A DNA stretch of 32,000 nt from Acaryochloris thomasi RCC1774 (GCF_003231495.1 NZ_PQWO01000018.1:1-32000), one strand, 5' to 3'. Shown: positions 8,786-18,646, counted from the first letter of the stretch. Numbers and translations are program-made. The notes: generated by a model from the sequence alone, not told the origin.

Positions 8786-10459
8786 TCACCTTTGTTTGAT
8801 CACCACCAGTGTGATGTCATCAAATACTTTCTGTGTCCCGATATGTCGTCGCACATCGTTGATGACTGCCTGCTTGATATCATCAACAGGATGATGCCAA
8901 TTCTGGCACACCACTTTGCAGAGCTGGTCAGGCCCATATAGCCTATTGTCAATGTCACTAGCCTCAGTAATGCCGTCGGTGTAAAGGACAATGCCATCGC
9001 CACGGTTTAGCTGCACAGAGGCATGACTAATAAACTCACCAATCTCATCGACTATGCCGATTGGAAAACCTAAATCAATCGTATCAATACGTTCGATGTT
9101 TCCATCTGAACGCATCACAATGACTTCTTCATGCTGGCCGCTGATGCTGAGCTTTTTATCGGCGTAGGTCAAAACTGATAGGGTCAGATTCTTCGTTGAA
9201 TCCATCCGCTGCACATTCTGATAAATGGTGCGATTTAGCGTTTCCAAGAACTGAACTGGGTTCATCTCTCGCACCTCTTTGAGTGTACGAATAGCAGCTT
9301 GGGTCATCACCATGAGAATGCCACTTTCTAGTCCATGTCCTGTCACATCACCGATCCCGATAGTGACTACTCCATCATGATCGAGAACATCATAGTAATC
9401 CCCACCAACTTCGTCAGCTGACTCCATAAATCCTGCAATATCTAATTCTTCAATCGCCTTTAATTCCTGGGGCTTGGGCAAAATCATTTGCTGCATCTGA
9501 CGCAAAAGATCCAGCTCTGTCTCCATTCGCTGATTCTCAGACTGAAGTCTCTGGTTCAGAGTATTAATGGATTTATTTGCCTGGGCTAGCTGCGAGGTCC
9601 GCTCTGAAACCTTATCTTCAAGGGTAAGATTAGTCTCTTTGAGCTTCTCCGCAAATTGTAGCGTTGCTTTCTCAGATTTCTGTAGCCTGATCTGTGTATG
9701 CTCAAGTGTTTTGATTGCAGTAAATAGCTGCTTTTTCTGATCAGAGAGAGAGGTAATTAAAGCAACGCCCAAAATAACTAGCGTGACGACCCCAATTGTG
9801 TAAGCAAGCGTAGTATTGTTCAAAGCCAGCATTGAAACTGAGGCATCTTCAACGCGGATGAAGCGAACTGCTTCCATTCCGGTGTAATGTAATCCACAAA
9901 TGGCGGCTCCCATGAGGAGCGCTCCCCCTAGCTTTAGTATTTCCTGATCATTGCGCTTTTGTACATAGCTGGCGATCAACAAGGCTGTGCTGGAGGCGAG
10001 GACTGCGATGACTACCGATAGCGCAACAATCCAGGGATTGTAATGCATCTGGGCAGGGACACGCATTGCGGCCATCCCGATGTAGTGCATTGTGCCAATG
10101 CCCCCTCCCATCAGAACCCCTGGAACAATCAGCGCTAGCCAATTCGCGAACCCTCGGTGCAGACTATAAAATGCTATGCCGGAAGCGATGATTGCTGCCA
10201 GCCAAGAAACGACAACGGTGAGTAGGTCATAGGACATTGGAATTGGCAAACGATATGCCAGCATAGCCACAAAGTGCATAGACCAAATCCCTGTCCCCAT
10301 GGTGACGGAGCCGCCCAGTAGCCACCCAGGGCGAATTTGGTTATCCTCTTCAGACGTTATTCTGCCCGTTAGCTCTAGTGTTGTGTAGGAGGCAAGTAGA
10401 GCAATCACAAATGAGAAGAGAACTAAGGGCCAGCTATATTCGCCTATCAGTGTGATCAT
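8786..10459 (-). CDS. MHYT-domain membrane sensor fused to a coiled coil and a PP2C/SpoIIE serine phosphatase (SiaA-like)
   Basis: Seven predicted helices carry three MHYT-type motifs (SMHFVAM, TMHYIGM, GLHYTGM). An ~85-aa coiled coil follows. PP2C motifs are DEVGGDYYDV, GIGDVTGHGLESG, LYTDGITEA and FDDITLVVIK. AGGAG lies 10 nt upstream of the ATG. Confidence 0.9.
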   Translation of the reverse strand: MITLIGEYSWPLVLFSFVIALLASYTTLELTGRITSEEDNQIRPGWLLGGSVTMGTGIWSMHFVAMLAYRLPIPMSYDLLTVVVSWLAAIIASGIAFYSLHRGFANWLALIVPGVLMGGGIGTMHYIGMAAMRVPAQMHYNPWIVALSVVIAVLASSTALLIASYVQKRNDQEILKLGGALLMGAAICGLHYTGMEAVRFIRVEDASVSMLALNNTTLAYTIGVVTLVILGVALITSLSDQKKQLFTAIKTLEHTQIRLQKSEKATLQFAEKLKETNLTLEDKVSERTSQLAQANKSINTLNQRLQSENQRMETELDLLRQMQQMILPKPQELKAIEELDIAGFMESADEVGGDYYDVLDHDGVVTIGIGDVTGHGLESGILMVMTQAAIRTLKEVREMNPVQFLETLNRTIYQNVQRMDSTKNLTLSVLTYADKKLSISGQHEEVIVMRSDGNIERIDTIDLGFPIGIVDEIGEFISHASVQLNRGDGIVLYTDGITEASDIDNRLYGPDQLCKVVCQNWHHPVDDIKQAVINDVRRHIGTQKVFDDITLVVIKQR

Positions 10460-10676
10460 GTTGTTATTTCTCCTAACTCAATGTGAGATTGCTATCCCAC
10501 ACTGGATTTTTCTGCATGAATACTTCAGTAAATGCACAGCCTGAAGAAGACCTGACTAGGCTTGAACAGGTGGTGCTAAGCATAAAGTTCCCATGTCTGT
10601 TCTGACTTGCACATCTGCACAAGTGATAGAGCAATATTTATAATCCTTTTCAAGAGCAAGTAAAACTAGTGAGTTC

Positions 10677-13600
10677 CTAAAGGCGGATGAGGCGATCTCG
10701 CAATATTTCCACTTGCTTTTCGGCTTCAGCCAAAGCGTCTCGAGCACCCTGCACGACCTCTGCTGGAGCCTGATCGACAAACTTAGCGTTCTTCAATCGC
10801 CCAGAAAACGACTTGACTTCCCCTTCAGCTTTCTTGAGACCCTTTTCGATTTTGGCCTTGAGTGCACCCACATCCACTACACCACTCAGGGGAATTAGAA
10901 CTTGAACCGTTCCTTCAACGCCGACAATGGTTTGCGCCAGTTCTCCTTCGAGAACCGGCGTAATGCTTAAAGACTCGACCCTACCAACATCCTTAATATA
11001 GGCCTGGCCTGTCGTCAGGGCTTGACGTTCGCGATCGCTCTCACTTTGCAAGATCACCTTAATCGGCAAACTAGGCTTAATATTGGCCTCGGCTCGCAGA
11101 TTCCGAATCGTACGAATAATGCCAATCAACAGCTCGAACTGTTCTTCAGTGGCATCATCAGTAAACTGCATTATCTCCTTGGTCGATGATTGTGCAGCAG
11201 ACTCTACAGATTCAGATTCTTCGGCAACAGGCAGGGCAGGAGTATCAATAATTACCGGAGGGGGGGCGACTTTCTTTCTCCACTGGTTGACGGTCTGAAT
11301 CGTTTCCTTACGATTTTCTTTCCAGAGCAATTTTTGGTAAGCAAACTGAACAATGGCAAACAGTCCCACAAGCTGAAAGAGCGGCTTTGCTAGAGGGAGG
11401 TGGTTAACCGTTGTTAGGACTGAGCTTGCAACTTCAACTCCCACTAACCCGGAACCAAATAGAAGCAGCGTAATCATGCCTCTCCGATGCTTGCCAATAA
11501 ACGTAGCAATCTGCTCTGGAATCTCTAAGATACGTTCGGCAACCACCCGCCAGTCTTCTTCGCCTGCCCCGCTCGGCGTCGCTAAACCAGAAGAGCTGTG
11601 GGTCACTAGACTCGTCGTGGTGGGCTCAAATGCTGCTGCAGGAGGTGCGACTTCGATATCTAAATGTGTCGTTGCTATCTCAGGATAAAGCTGACAGGCA
11701 AGATATTGCTCCGCCTCTGCCTGGGTGAGTGTCTGCCAAATTTCCTCTGTGATATGAGGCATAAATGGATGCAGCAGTTTCAGCGTCCCTTCTAAGACAA
11801 ACGCTAGCGTCTGTTGGGCTACCCGATGAGAGCCTGTGCCCTTTTCGCGGAGTCGAGGCTTCACCAGCTCGATGTACCAGTCACAGAAATCACCCCAGAT
11901 AAATTCATAGAGTGATTTAGAGGCTTCACCTAGACCATAGGCGTCAATCTGCTGACGCGTTTGGGCCACTAGCCGATGAAACTTTGAAAGAATCCAGCGG
12001 TCGGCGAGTTCAAGATCTTTTAATGCGGGATAGCCCAGTTGAGCTGGCGTCTGATTCTCTAAGTTGATCAGCACAAACCGAGATGCATTCCAGAGCTTGT
12101 TGGCGAAATTTCGAGAGGCTTCGACCGACGATGATTCATCCGTTTTGCGATCGTAGTCTAAGCGGATATCCTGGCCAGCCCCTGCGACTTCGCGAATGAG
12201 CGTATATCGCAGTGCATCGGTTCCGTATTTATCGATTAACACCAATGGGTCAATGCCGTTGTTCTTTGACTTTGACATTTTCTGGCCCTTTTCATCCCGG
12301 ACAAGACCATGAATGTAGACATCTTTAAAAGGCATCTGCTGGGTGAAATGACCCGACATCAACGTCATGCGAGCTACCCAGAAAAAGATGATGTCAAAGC
12401 CGGTCACCAGGGTACTGGTGGGATAATAGGTGGATAGGTCTGCCGTCTCTTCTGGCCATCCCATTGTCGAGAACGGCCATAGCCCTGAAGAGAACCAGGT
12501 ATCTAATACGTCAGGATCCTGGCTGAGCTGGACCTGATCTCCAAACTGTTCTTTTGCTTTGTTCCAAGCCTCTGATTCATCGTGGGCCACAATGAAGGGC
12601 GTATTCTCGCGGATCTCACCCTCTGTTTCGCTCACGGCATACCAGGCCGGAATCTGATGTCCCCACCAAAGCTGGCGAGAGATGCACCAGTCGCGTAAAT
12701 TCTCGAGCCAGTCACGATAGACCTTTGTCCAGCGGTCCGGCACGAAGTTGGGGGACTGCTGCTCATTGAGAAACTTGAGCGTATCGGCGGCCATCGGCCC
12801 AGTTTTCACAAACCACTGGGTTGAAATCAATGGCTCAACAGGGACTTTGCCCCGATCGCTGTAGGGCACGCTGTGGCGATATTCTTCGATCTTCACCAAG
12901 CAGCCGTCTTCTTCTAGCCGCTTGATTACATTCTTGCGGGCTTCAAAACGATCTTGCCCTTCAAATGGCCCCGCGTTTTCATTCAGCCTGCCGTCCTTAT
13001 GCATGATGTTGATCAGCGGCAGATCGTGGCGCTGCCCCATCGCAAAGTCATTCCGGTCATGGGCAGGGGTTACCTTGACGCAACCTGTCCCAAATTCAGG
13101 GTCAACGTGCTCGTCAGCAATCACCGGAATCTCCCGGTCCATAATCGGCAGCTTCAGGGTTTTGCCAATTAGTTCCCTGTAGCGCTCGTCATTGGGATTG
13201 ACCGCCACTGCCGTGTCGCCTAGCATCGTCTCGGGTCGTGTGGTGGCGACTTCCACTGCACCTGAACCATCGGCAAGCGGATAGCGAAAGTGCCATAGAT
13301 GGCCGTCTACTTCTTGCTTCTCGACCTCTTGATCCGAGACGGCTGACTGACTGGCAGGGCACCAGTTGACCATATAATTACCCCGATAGATGAGTCCCTC
13401 GTCATACATGCTGACAAAGGCTTCCCGCACAGCCTTTGAGAGTCCCTCATCCATCGTGAACCGTTCCCGTGACCAGTCCACAGAAACGCCTAAACGACGC
13501 TGCTGATTCACGATCTTGCCGCCCGATTCAGCCTTCCATTTTGTCGCTCTCTCTAAAAAAGCATCACGACCAATCTCATCACGCGTTTTTCCTTCTGCCT

Positions 13601-13952
13601 GGAGTTGCTTCTCAAGGATGGAGTGCACCGCAATACTGGCGTGATCGGTTCCGGGCAGCCAGAGGGTGTTGCAGCCGAGCATTCGGTGGTAGCGCACTAA
13701 CACATCGATCAAAGCGCTTTCAAAGGCATGGCCCATGTGCAGACTGCCCGTGACATTAGGCGGCGGAATCACGACACAGTAGGGTTCCCCTCCGTGGTTA
13801 GGGTCGGCTGTGAATACTCCTTTGCTTTCCCAGTTCTCCTGCCACTTGGCTTCAGTGCTGGCGGGATCATATTGGCTTGAGAGGGCGGGCGCACTAGCAA
13901 TCATAAAGTTGGCTTTGGGTGAGGCGTATTCTATTGATTTTGCCATATTCAC
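10677..13952 (-). CDS. valS: Valine--tRNA ligase carrying a CAAD-type membrane insertion
   Basis: Class I motifs are present: [14 protein letters not shown] and KMSKSKNN. The CP1 editing region and the C-terminal coiled coil are also present. The start is uncertain: ATG at 13952, 13946 or 13904 ([14 protein letters not shown]...). Confidence 0.97.
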   Translation of the reverse strand: MNMAKSIEYASPKANFMIASAPALSSQYDPASTEAKWQENWESKGVFTADPNHGGEPYCVVIPPPNVTGSLHMGHAFESALIDVLVRYHRMLGCNTLWLPGTDHASIAVHSILEKQLQAEGKTRDEIGRDAFLERATKWKAESGGKIVNQQRRLGVSVDWSRERFTMDEGLSKAVREAFVSMYDEGLIYRGNYMVNWCPASQSAVSDQEVEKQEVDGHLWHFRYPLADGSGAVEVATTRPETMLGDTAVAVNPNDERYRELIGKTLKLPIMDREIPVIADEHVDPEFGTGCVKVTPAHDRNDFAMGQRHDLPLINIMHKDGRLNENAGPFEGQDRFEARKNVIKRLEEDGCLVKIEEYRHSVPYSDRGKVPVEPLISTQWFVKTGPMAADTLKFLNEQQSPNFVPDRWTKVYRDWLENLRDWCISRQLWWGHQIPAWYAVSETEGEIRENTPFIVAHDESEAWNKAKEQFGDQVQLSQDPDVLDTWFSSGLWPFSTMGWPEETADLSTYYPTSTLVTGFDIIFFWVARMTLMSGHFTQQMPFKDVYIHGLVRDEKGQKMSKSKNNGIDPLVLIDKYGTDALRYTLIREVAGAGQDIRLDYDRKTDESSSVEASRNFANKLWNASRFVLINLENQTPAQLGYPALKDLELADRWILSKFHRLVAQTRQQIDAYGLGEASKSLYEFIWGDFCDWYIELVKPRLREKGTGSHRVAQQTLAFVLEGTLKLLHPFMPHITEEIWQTLTQAEAEQYLACQLYPEIATTHLDIEVAPPAAAFEPTTTSLVTHSSSGLATPSGAGEEDWRVVAERILEIPEQIATFIGKHRRGMITLLLFGSGLVGVEVASSVLTTVNHLPLAKPLFQLVGLFAIVQFAYQKLLWKENRKETIQTVNQWRKKVAPPPVIIDTPALPVAEESESVESAAQSSTKEIMQFTDDATEEQFELLIGIIRTIRNLRAEANIKPSLPIKVILQSESDRERQALTTGQAYIKDVGRVESLSITPVLEGELAQTIVGVEGTVQVLIPLSGVVDVGALKAKIEKGLKKAEGEVKSFSGRLKNAKFVDQAPAEVVQGARDALAEAEKQVEILRDRLIRL
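11170..11675 (-). other. CAAD-like insertion within ValRS containing a two-helix membrane hairpin
   Basis: About 170 extra residues sit between the anticodon-binding body (..ACQLYPEIA) and the C-terminal coiled coil (..[20 protein letters not shown]). The insertion holds two hydrophobic helices, [24 protein letters not shown] and [21 protein letters not shown] (nt ~11325-11477). Confidence 0.7.
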
Positions 13953-14138
13953 GCTGATGAAAACGGATAGAGACCTTCTCGATCAGATCGCCAACAGCGG
14001 TGAGTCTAGTTTGTTTATTTTTCTCTCAGGAAACGCTCTGCCAAGATTCAGGAAACTGGCGGATTATTTACACATTGGGTTTATAGTTGGCTCAGCCAGC
14101 GACTCTATGGCGTAGATATCAAAGCTTGGGAAACAGAA

Positions 14139-14669
14139 GTGATGAGAAACCTCAGCATTCAATCAACAGCCGTACTGGTCGGTATTTCCTTGCTGGCGTG
14201 CACTACAATGATTCATCCCGTAGCGGCGGCTCAAGATGCAACTGGCTCAGGATTGGTGCAATTCCGGTCGAATTCAAAGACCAAAGAGGATCAGCCTACC
14301 TACTATTTCACACTCAAGAACCCCAAGCAGGCGCGACCCATTAAGGCCGTTAGTATTGTGCAAACAGAGAATATTGAGAGGGTCAAGTTTGAGAATCTTT
14401 CTCTGCGGGCATTTACAGGGGTAAAAGCTCAGAAGAATAAGACGAGATCGCTCATCCCAATGGGCGGACGGTCTAAAGCTGGAGCCGTGACGGTTGCTTT
14501 TGCTGAGCCAGTGCGACCCGGTGAAACAGTGACGATTATGGTGAAGCCTCAGCAAAAGCCCAGGGTAAGCGGGATTTACCGGTTTGGTGTAATTGCCTTT
14601 GCCAAACCCTCTGATCTCACGGGACGTTTTTTAGGTTACGGCCAGCTCAATATTTCTCCTGAGAAGTAA
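14139..14669 (+). CDS. Secreted DUF2808-family protein (cyanobacteria-specific)
   Basis: There is a signal peptide (AVLVGISLLACTTMIHPVAAA). The DUF2808-like core has IKAVSIVQTENIE..F, VTVAFAEPVRPGETVTIMVK and GIYRFGVIAF...GRFLGYGQLNI. GTG is at 14139 and ATG at 14142. Confidence 0.7.
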   Translation: MMRNLSIQSTAVLVGISLLACTTMIHPVAAAQDATGSGLVQFRSNSKTKEDQPTYYFTLKNPKQARPIKAVSIVQTENIERVKFENLSLRAFTGVKAQKNKTRSLIPMGGRSKAGAVTVAFAEPVRPGETVTIMVKPQQKPRVSGIYRFGVIAFAKPSDLTGRFLGYGQLNISPEK

Positions 14670-14706
14670 GGCATGGGCTATTGAGCACATGCGATGGCTC
14701 TAGGCG

Positions 14707-15960
14707 TCATTGAGCAACATTAGGTACAACCGAATCTAGGGCGTAGATATCACGGCCATTACCTAGCGCGAATGCAATGGAATGGGAGAAATCTTTGCTG
14801 TTGCTTGTGGCAAATAACAGGAGAGCCACTCCTGCAAACCCGCAGGCAAGGCCAAACATCGGTCGAATGCCTACCAGCGTTGCCACCGTGCCTAAGCAAG
14901 GCCCCGCTAGCGCAATGCCGACATCAAACCCGCTAATGCAAAGACTTAAAACCCGTGCGCGTTCGTGGGGTTCCGAGCGATCTGCCATAAGGGCTGCGAT
15001 CATGGGAATGAGAGTTCCACTCCCACAGCCTTGGAAGATGCCAGCTAGCAAAAAGGTTAGTTCTGTATGAGCAAGCCAAAGCAGAATCATTGCGAGGCCG
15101 TAGCAGCAAAGGCTCATGGAAATAAATCGTCCCCGACCCAGTCGATCGGAGGCTTTACCCGTCAAGACGCGGATCACGAAACTTGCGATCGCAGCGACCG
15201 AATAAAACAGTCCTGCATTCAAATCTACTGCCGTCTCACGAATCAACAGCGGCACAAAGGTTGATAGCGTTCCAAAGGTGAGACCGATCAAAAGCATGAC
15301 CGTTGCTGGAATCTTGAGGCGCGGAGCCTGCAGCAATCCCCAAAATTTCTGTTTTTTTGAGACCTGCGGCTGGACCTCACCTTGAGCTAACCCCTCATCA
15401 ATCGTGGAAGCTGCCAGCAGACCGACAATGGCTAAGCCTGATGCCAACAAAAAGAGAGGCAGATAACCTGCCCAAGCCTGTAAGAGTCCGCCCACCGTTG
15501 GACCGAGCATCACACCAATAGGGTTGATCAGACTCATGTAGCCAATCAATTCTCCCCGCTGTTCTCGTGGTGAGAGATCCACCACCAAAGCTGTATAAGC
15601 GGTGGTAAAAGCCGCCAAACTCACCCCGTGGAAAGCCCGCACAGCGAACAGTATCGGCAGCGTTTTCACCCCGAGATAGAGAAGAGGTGCGATCGCAGCG
15701 ACCACTAACCCAATCTGAAGCACAACTTTGCGGCTACGCTGATCGGCGATCCGTCCTAGCCAAGCGCGAGACCCCAGCAAACCCAGAGCAAAAGCACCCA
15801 TCACCACCCCTAACTGCTGCTCAGTAGCCCCCAGATCGCCGATGTACAGCGGCAGCGTCGGCAATTGAGAGCCGAGACTAGCCCAGAAGCAAAAACCAGA
15901 TATCAAAAGAACCACCAGACTCCTTCTGACACGGGGGGCTAGGGTCCAAAAAATCTTCAC
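14707..15960 (-). CDS. MFS transporter
   Basis: 417 aa with about 12 hydrophobic helices. The MFS loop motif GRIADQRSRK lies between TM2 and TM3, and a second DRLGRGR lies in the C-terminal half. Confidence 0.9.
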   Translation of the reverse strand: MKIFWTLAPRVRRSLVVLLISGFCFWASLGSQLPTLPLYIGDLGATEQQLGVVMGAFALGLLGSRAWLGRIADQRSRKVVLQIGLVVAAIAPLLYLGVKTLPILFAVRAFHGVSLAAFTTAYTALVVDLSPREQRGELIGYMSLINPIGVMLGPTVGGLLQAWAGYLPLFLLASGLAIVGLLAASTIDEGLAQGEVQPQVSKKQKFWGLLQAPRLKIPATVMLLIGLTFGTLSTFVPLLIRETAVDLNAGLFYSVAAIASFVIRVLTGKASDRLGRGRFISMSLCCYGLAMILLWLAHTELTFLLAGIFQGCGSGTLIPMIAALMADRSEPHERARVLSLCISGFDVGIALAGPCLGTVATLVGIRPMFGLACGFAGVALLLFATSNSKDFSHSIAFALGNGRDIYALDSVVPNVAQ

Positions 15961-16097
15961 AGATATACCCTTCAGATTGCGGACAACGGTAGGGAGCTGT
16001 TCATCTCTGCCAAGGTTGTCGACGCTCGTTCCTCAACAGTCTAACGAAGTACTTCACTTTTCGTTACATTTAGAGACGTACTGTTAGAGAGATAGGC

Positions 16098-16556
16098 TTG
16101 ATGGCTGTCAAAGTAGGGGATTCTGCACCTGATTTCACTTTAAAATCGAACAAAGGGAAGGCTGTAAAACTGCAGAGTCTATATAAACGCAAACCCGTTG
16201 TGCTGTATTTCTATCCCAAAGACGACACCCCCGGATGCACAAAGGAAGCCTGTGGGTTCCGCGATAGTTATGAAGTGTTCCAAAAGTTAGGGGCAGAGGT
16301 CGTAGGCATTAGTTCTGATTCGGTAGACTCTCACAAAGAGTTTGCGACATCGAACAATTTGCCGTTTCAGTTGCTTAGTGACGAAGATGATCAGGTTCGC
16401 AAGCTATACGGTGTGCCTTCAACGTTAGGGATTTTACCGGGTCGAGTCACCTACATTATTGATAAAAAGGGTATTGTCCAAAAGGTCTTTAACTCACAGC
16501 TGAACGTGAATGGGCACATCAAAACCGCCATTAAGACCTTAGAGGAACTGCAATAG
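16098..16556 (+). CDS. bcp: Peroxiredoxin Q / bacterioferritin comigratory protein (thiol peroxidase)
   Basis: VGDSAPDFTL...KPVVLYFYPKDDTPGCTKEACGFRD is the PrxQ/BCP active-site signature. The likely ATG is at 16101; the TTG at 16098 is the track start. Confidence 0.93.
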   Translation: MMAVKVGDSAPDFTLKSNKGKAVKLQSLYKRKPVVLYFYPKDDTPGCTKEACGFRDSYEVFQKLGAEVVGISSDSVDSHKEFATSNNLPFQLLSDEDDQVRKLYGVPSTLGILPGRVTYIIDKKGIVQKVFNSQLNVNGHIKTAIKTLEELQ

Positions 16557-16607
16557 TCTCCTCGGTAATGGCTGAAGGATAATCAGACTCCCTCTTTCTT
16601 TTCTAAA

Positions 16608-16641
16608 ATCGCGACGGCTAAAGGCTGTCGCGATTTTTGTG
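16608..16641 (+). terminator. Rho-independent terminator of bcp
   Basis: Hairpin ATCGCGACGGC / TAAAG / GCTGTCGCGAT with one G-U pair, followed by TTTTTGTGTTT. Confidence 0.7.
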
Positions 16642-17006
16642 TTTACGTATCATTCGTCATCAACTCTGTCGGCAGAACAGCGAAAAATAGGCTTACACCA
16701 TTAACGAGCCATTGGAAAAGCCACTGTGTTTGTGTCATTGCGTAAAAGCACTGTGGTGTGTGGAATACAAGCAATAGAGCCTTATCTTCATCACCATTAA
16801 TCCATATTGATATCCAAATGGATAAGGGCAAAACTATCCACTTGGGGGAGTAAATGCAGATAAAAATCGGTAATTCTAATAAATAAGCATCTTTACTGAC
16901 TATTACTTCCAAAAAGTAAAAAATAAGAGGTTCGCCACCTATTCTTTTGTTGGCCGTTGATAAACGCGACTCTCTAATGTCCCACTACTAATCAGGAGTA
17001 CAAGCA

Positions 17007-17804
17007 TTGGCGTATCAAACTTCCCTGCAGTCTCAAACGATGGAATTGCTGGTTGCTTATCAAAATCAGCCCTCTATACGGCTGCGCAATCGACTCGTTC
17101 GCCTGAATATGGGCCTTGTGCGCACTATTGCTCATCGACTCGCTCGCCAATGCGCTGAGCCCTACGAAGATCTTGAGCAGTGTGGATCTCTGGGCCTGAT
17201 TACAGCGATCGAACGCTTTGACCCGACGCAAGGATATGCCTTTAGCTCCTTTGCCGTACCCTATATTCGGGGTGATATTCTTCACTTTCTGCGTGATCGC
17301 GGCAACACCGTTCGCCTGCCCCGTCGCTGGCAGGCACTGCACCGCCATGGGCAAAAAGTTCGGCAAGCTCTCACGATGGAGCTAGGTCGTCAGCCCCGCG
17401 ATCAAGAATTGGCCAACGCCCTAGATTTATCGATGAACGAATGGCGCTCTGTGCAGCTAGCGGCCTGCAATCGCGTTCCCTTGAGCCTCAATGCCCGTAT
17501 CTCTCCGAACCAACAGCTACAGTCTGATTCAGCCCTGACGCTAGGGGATGCGCTCGTCGATGCACGGGACCAGATGCAGCAAATCAATGAAGAAGATAGC
17601 GCTGAACTTCAGTATGCTTTGGCGCAAATAGAAGAGACAACCCGTGAGGTCATTCAGCTCGTCTTTTTTAATCAGCTATCACGAAAAGAAGTGGCTGAGC
17701 ACATCGGCGTTAGCCCGGTTACTGTCACTCGCCGCATTAATCGAGGGCTAGAGGAATTGAAGGATTTACTGCAGCAGCCGATGCCAGCAGAAATCTACGG
17801 TTAG
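17007..17804 (+). CDS. Group 3 sigma-70 family RNA polymerase sigma factor (SigF/SigB-type)
   Basis: Region 2 reads NMGLVRTIAHRL...YEDLEQCGSLGLITAIERFDPTQGYAFSSFAVPYIRGDILHFLRD. Region 4 has the HTH LSRKEVAEHIGVSPVTVTRRINRGLEELK. The TTG start at 17007 is preceded by AGGAG; an alternative ATG is at 17040. Confidence 0.9.
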   Translation: MAYQTSLQSQTMELLVAYQNQPSIRLRNRLVRLNMGLVRTIAHRLARQCAEPYEDLEQCGSLGLITAIERFDPTQGYAFSSFAVPYIRGDILHFLRDRGNTVRLPRRWQALHRHGQKVRQALTMELGRQPRDQELANALDLSMNEWRSVQLAACNRVPLSLNARISPNQQLQSDSALTLGDALVDARDQMQQINEEDSAELQYALAQIEETTREVIQLVFFNQLSRKEVAEHIGVSPVTVTRRINRGLEELKDLLQQPMPAEIYG

Positions 17805-17825
17805 GCGGCTGGCGCGCCTGTTTTT
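17803..17825 (+). terminator. Possible weak terminator after the sigma gene
   Basis: Short GC hairpin AGGCG / GCTGGCG / CGCCT followed by GTTTTT, overlapping the stop codon. Confidence 0.45.
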
Positions 17826-17988
17826 GACAATATGCCACTGAGTCCTACTTCTGTCCTAACGGGAAGAAGAGCTATGGGCCGGATGTTAGAGCTGGCCGAT
17901 AATCGCGTCGCTTCTGAGGGCATGGGCTGCTCCCGGCTGCCTTCCTTGATGTGGGGGGGGGACAATTGGCAAGGGAAAGTTTTGTTCC

Positions 17989-18010
17989 CGTTGTTGCGAT
18001 CGCAACAACG
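17989..18010. repeat. 22-nt perfect palindrome built around a HIP1 core
   Basis: CGTTGTTGCGATCGCAACAACG equals its own reverse complement. It is one of about 16 GCGATCGC sites in the window, several with TTGCGATCGCAA extensions. Confidence 0.9.
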
Positions 18011-18646
18011 GTCAGAAGGCTCTGTCGGTTAAGCCGTTTGTTTCCTCTGCGATCTTGCAGCTTTAGGCAAGGCCAATTTGAGAAAATGACCTCTGATGTC
18101 TAGCTTTTGTTCATGTTCTCTAACAAAAGATTACAGTTGACTTATTTGTTCAAATAGAACATCTCAGACCTTGTCTGCCGTGCTATAAATAGGTTAAGTG
18201 GGGTAAGTAAATTCTTTAGTAAATATATTCTTCAGCATTACTAAGAATCTCGAAAAATCAAATTAAGGCTCACTGTGTAGCATTTAGGGGTTATTACACC
18301 GTAAATGCCTTAGCAGAGCTGTTCGCCGTCATTCCTTGGCTGTGAGCAATTGATTCTAATTGAGTTCTCAGTACATTTGTTGTTCGGTGCGTTATCATTT
18401 CGCCCCCATTTTCCTGTGCTTTTTTGTGTTCACTGGGGAATTTTCTAGCAGCAGTTTGAAATTACTTTTGCAATAAAGCAATTTGCTCACTCAATAATGG
18501 GCACCCTGATGGTGGGGGACGCAAAAGACAGATTTTAATGATGCGTTAAAGCAGGGGCGTGAAGTCGCTGCTGAATTTTTGTGACGCAATCTGTACTCTT
18601 GCCGGTTCACCAAAGCTTTATCACCCTTGGCAATTGAGGCTTAGAA

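Noticed and set aside
10713-13753. Multiple plus-strand ORFs of 61-94 aa inside valS (10713-10898, 11083-11298, 11190-11393, 11476-11688, 12922-13182, 12954-13172, 13469-13753).
   Set aside because: They are antisense shadow ORFs within a strongly supported 1091-aa ValRS gene. Their composition is Arg/Ser/Cys-rich and low in complexity, and they carry no recognisable motifs.
13810-14344. Plus-strand ORFs 13810-14115 and 14087-14344, upstream of and overlapping the DUF2808 gene.
   Set aside because: The first is antisense to the valS 5' end. The second is out of frame with the well-supported DUF2808 ORF. Neither has motifs.
16643-16912. 89-aa minus-strand ORF encoding a hydrophobic peptide between bcp and the sigma gene.
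   Set aside because: It has a TTG start, lies in a very AT-rich stretch, overlaps the end of the bcp terminator and has no recognisable family. A real small membrane protein cannot be excluded, but the support is too weak to call.
17832-18032. 66-aa plus-strand ORF downstream of the sigma factor gene.
   Set aside because: It has no recognisable motif or RBS. The frame runs through a G9 homopolymer and the 22-nt HIP1 palindrome. It is more likely non-coding.
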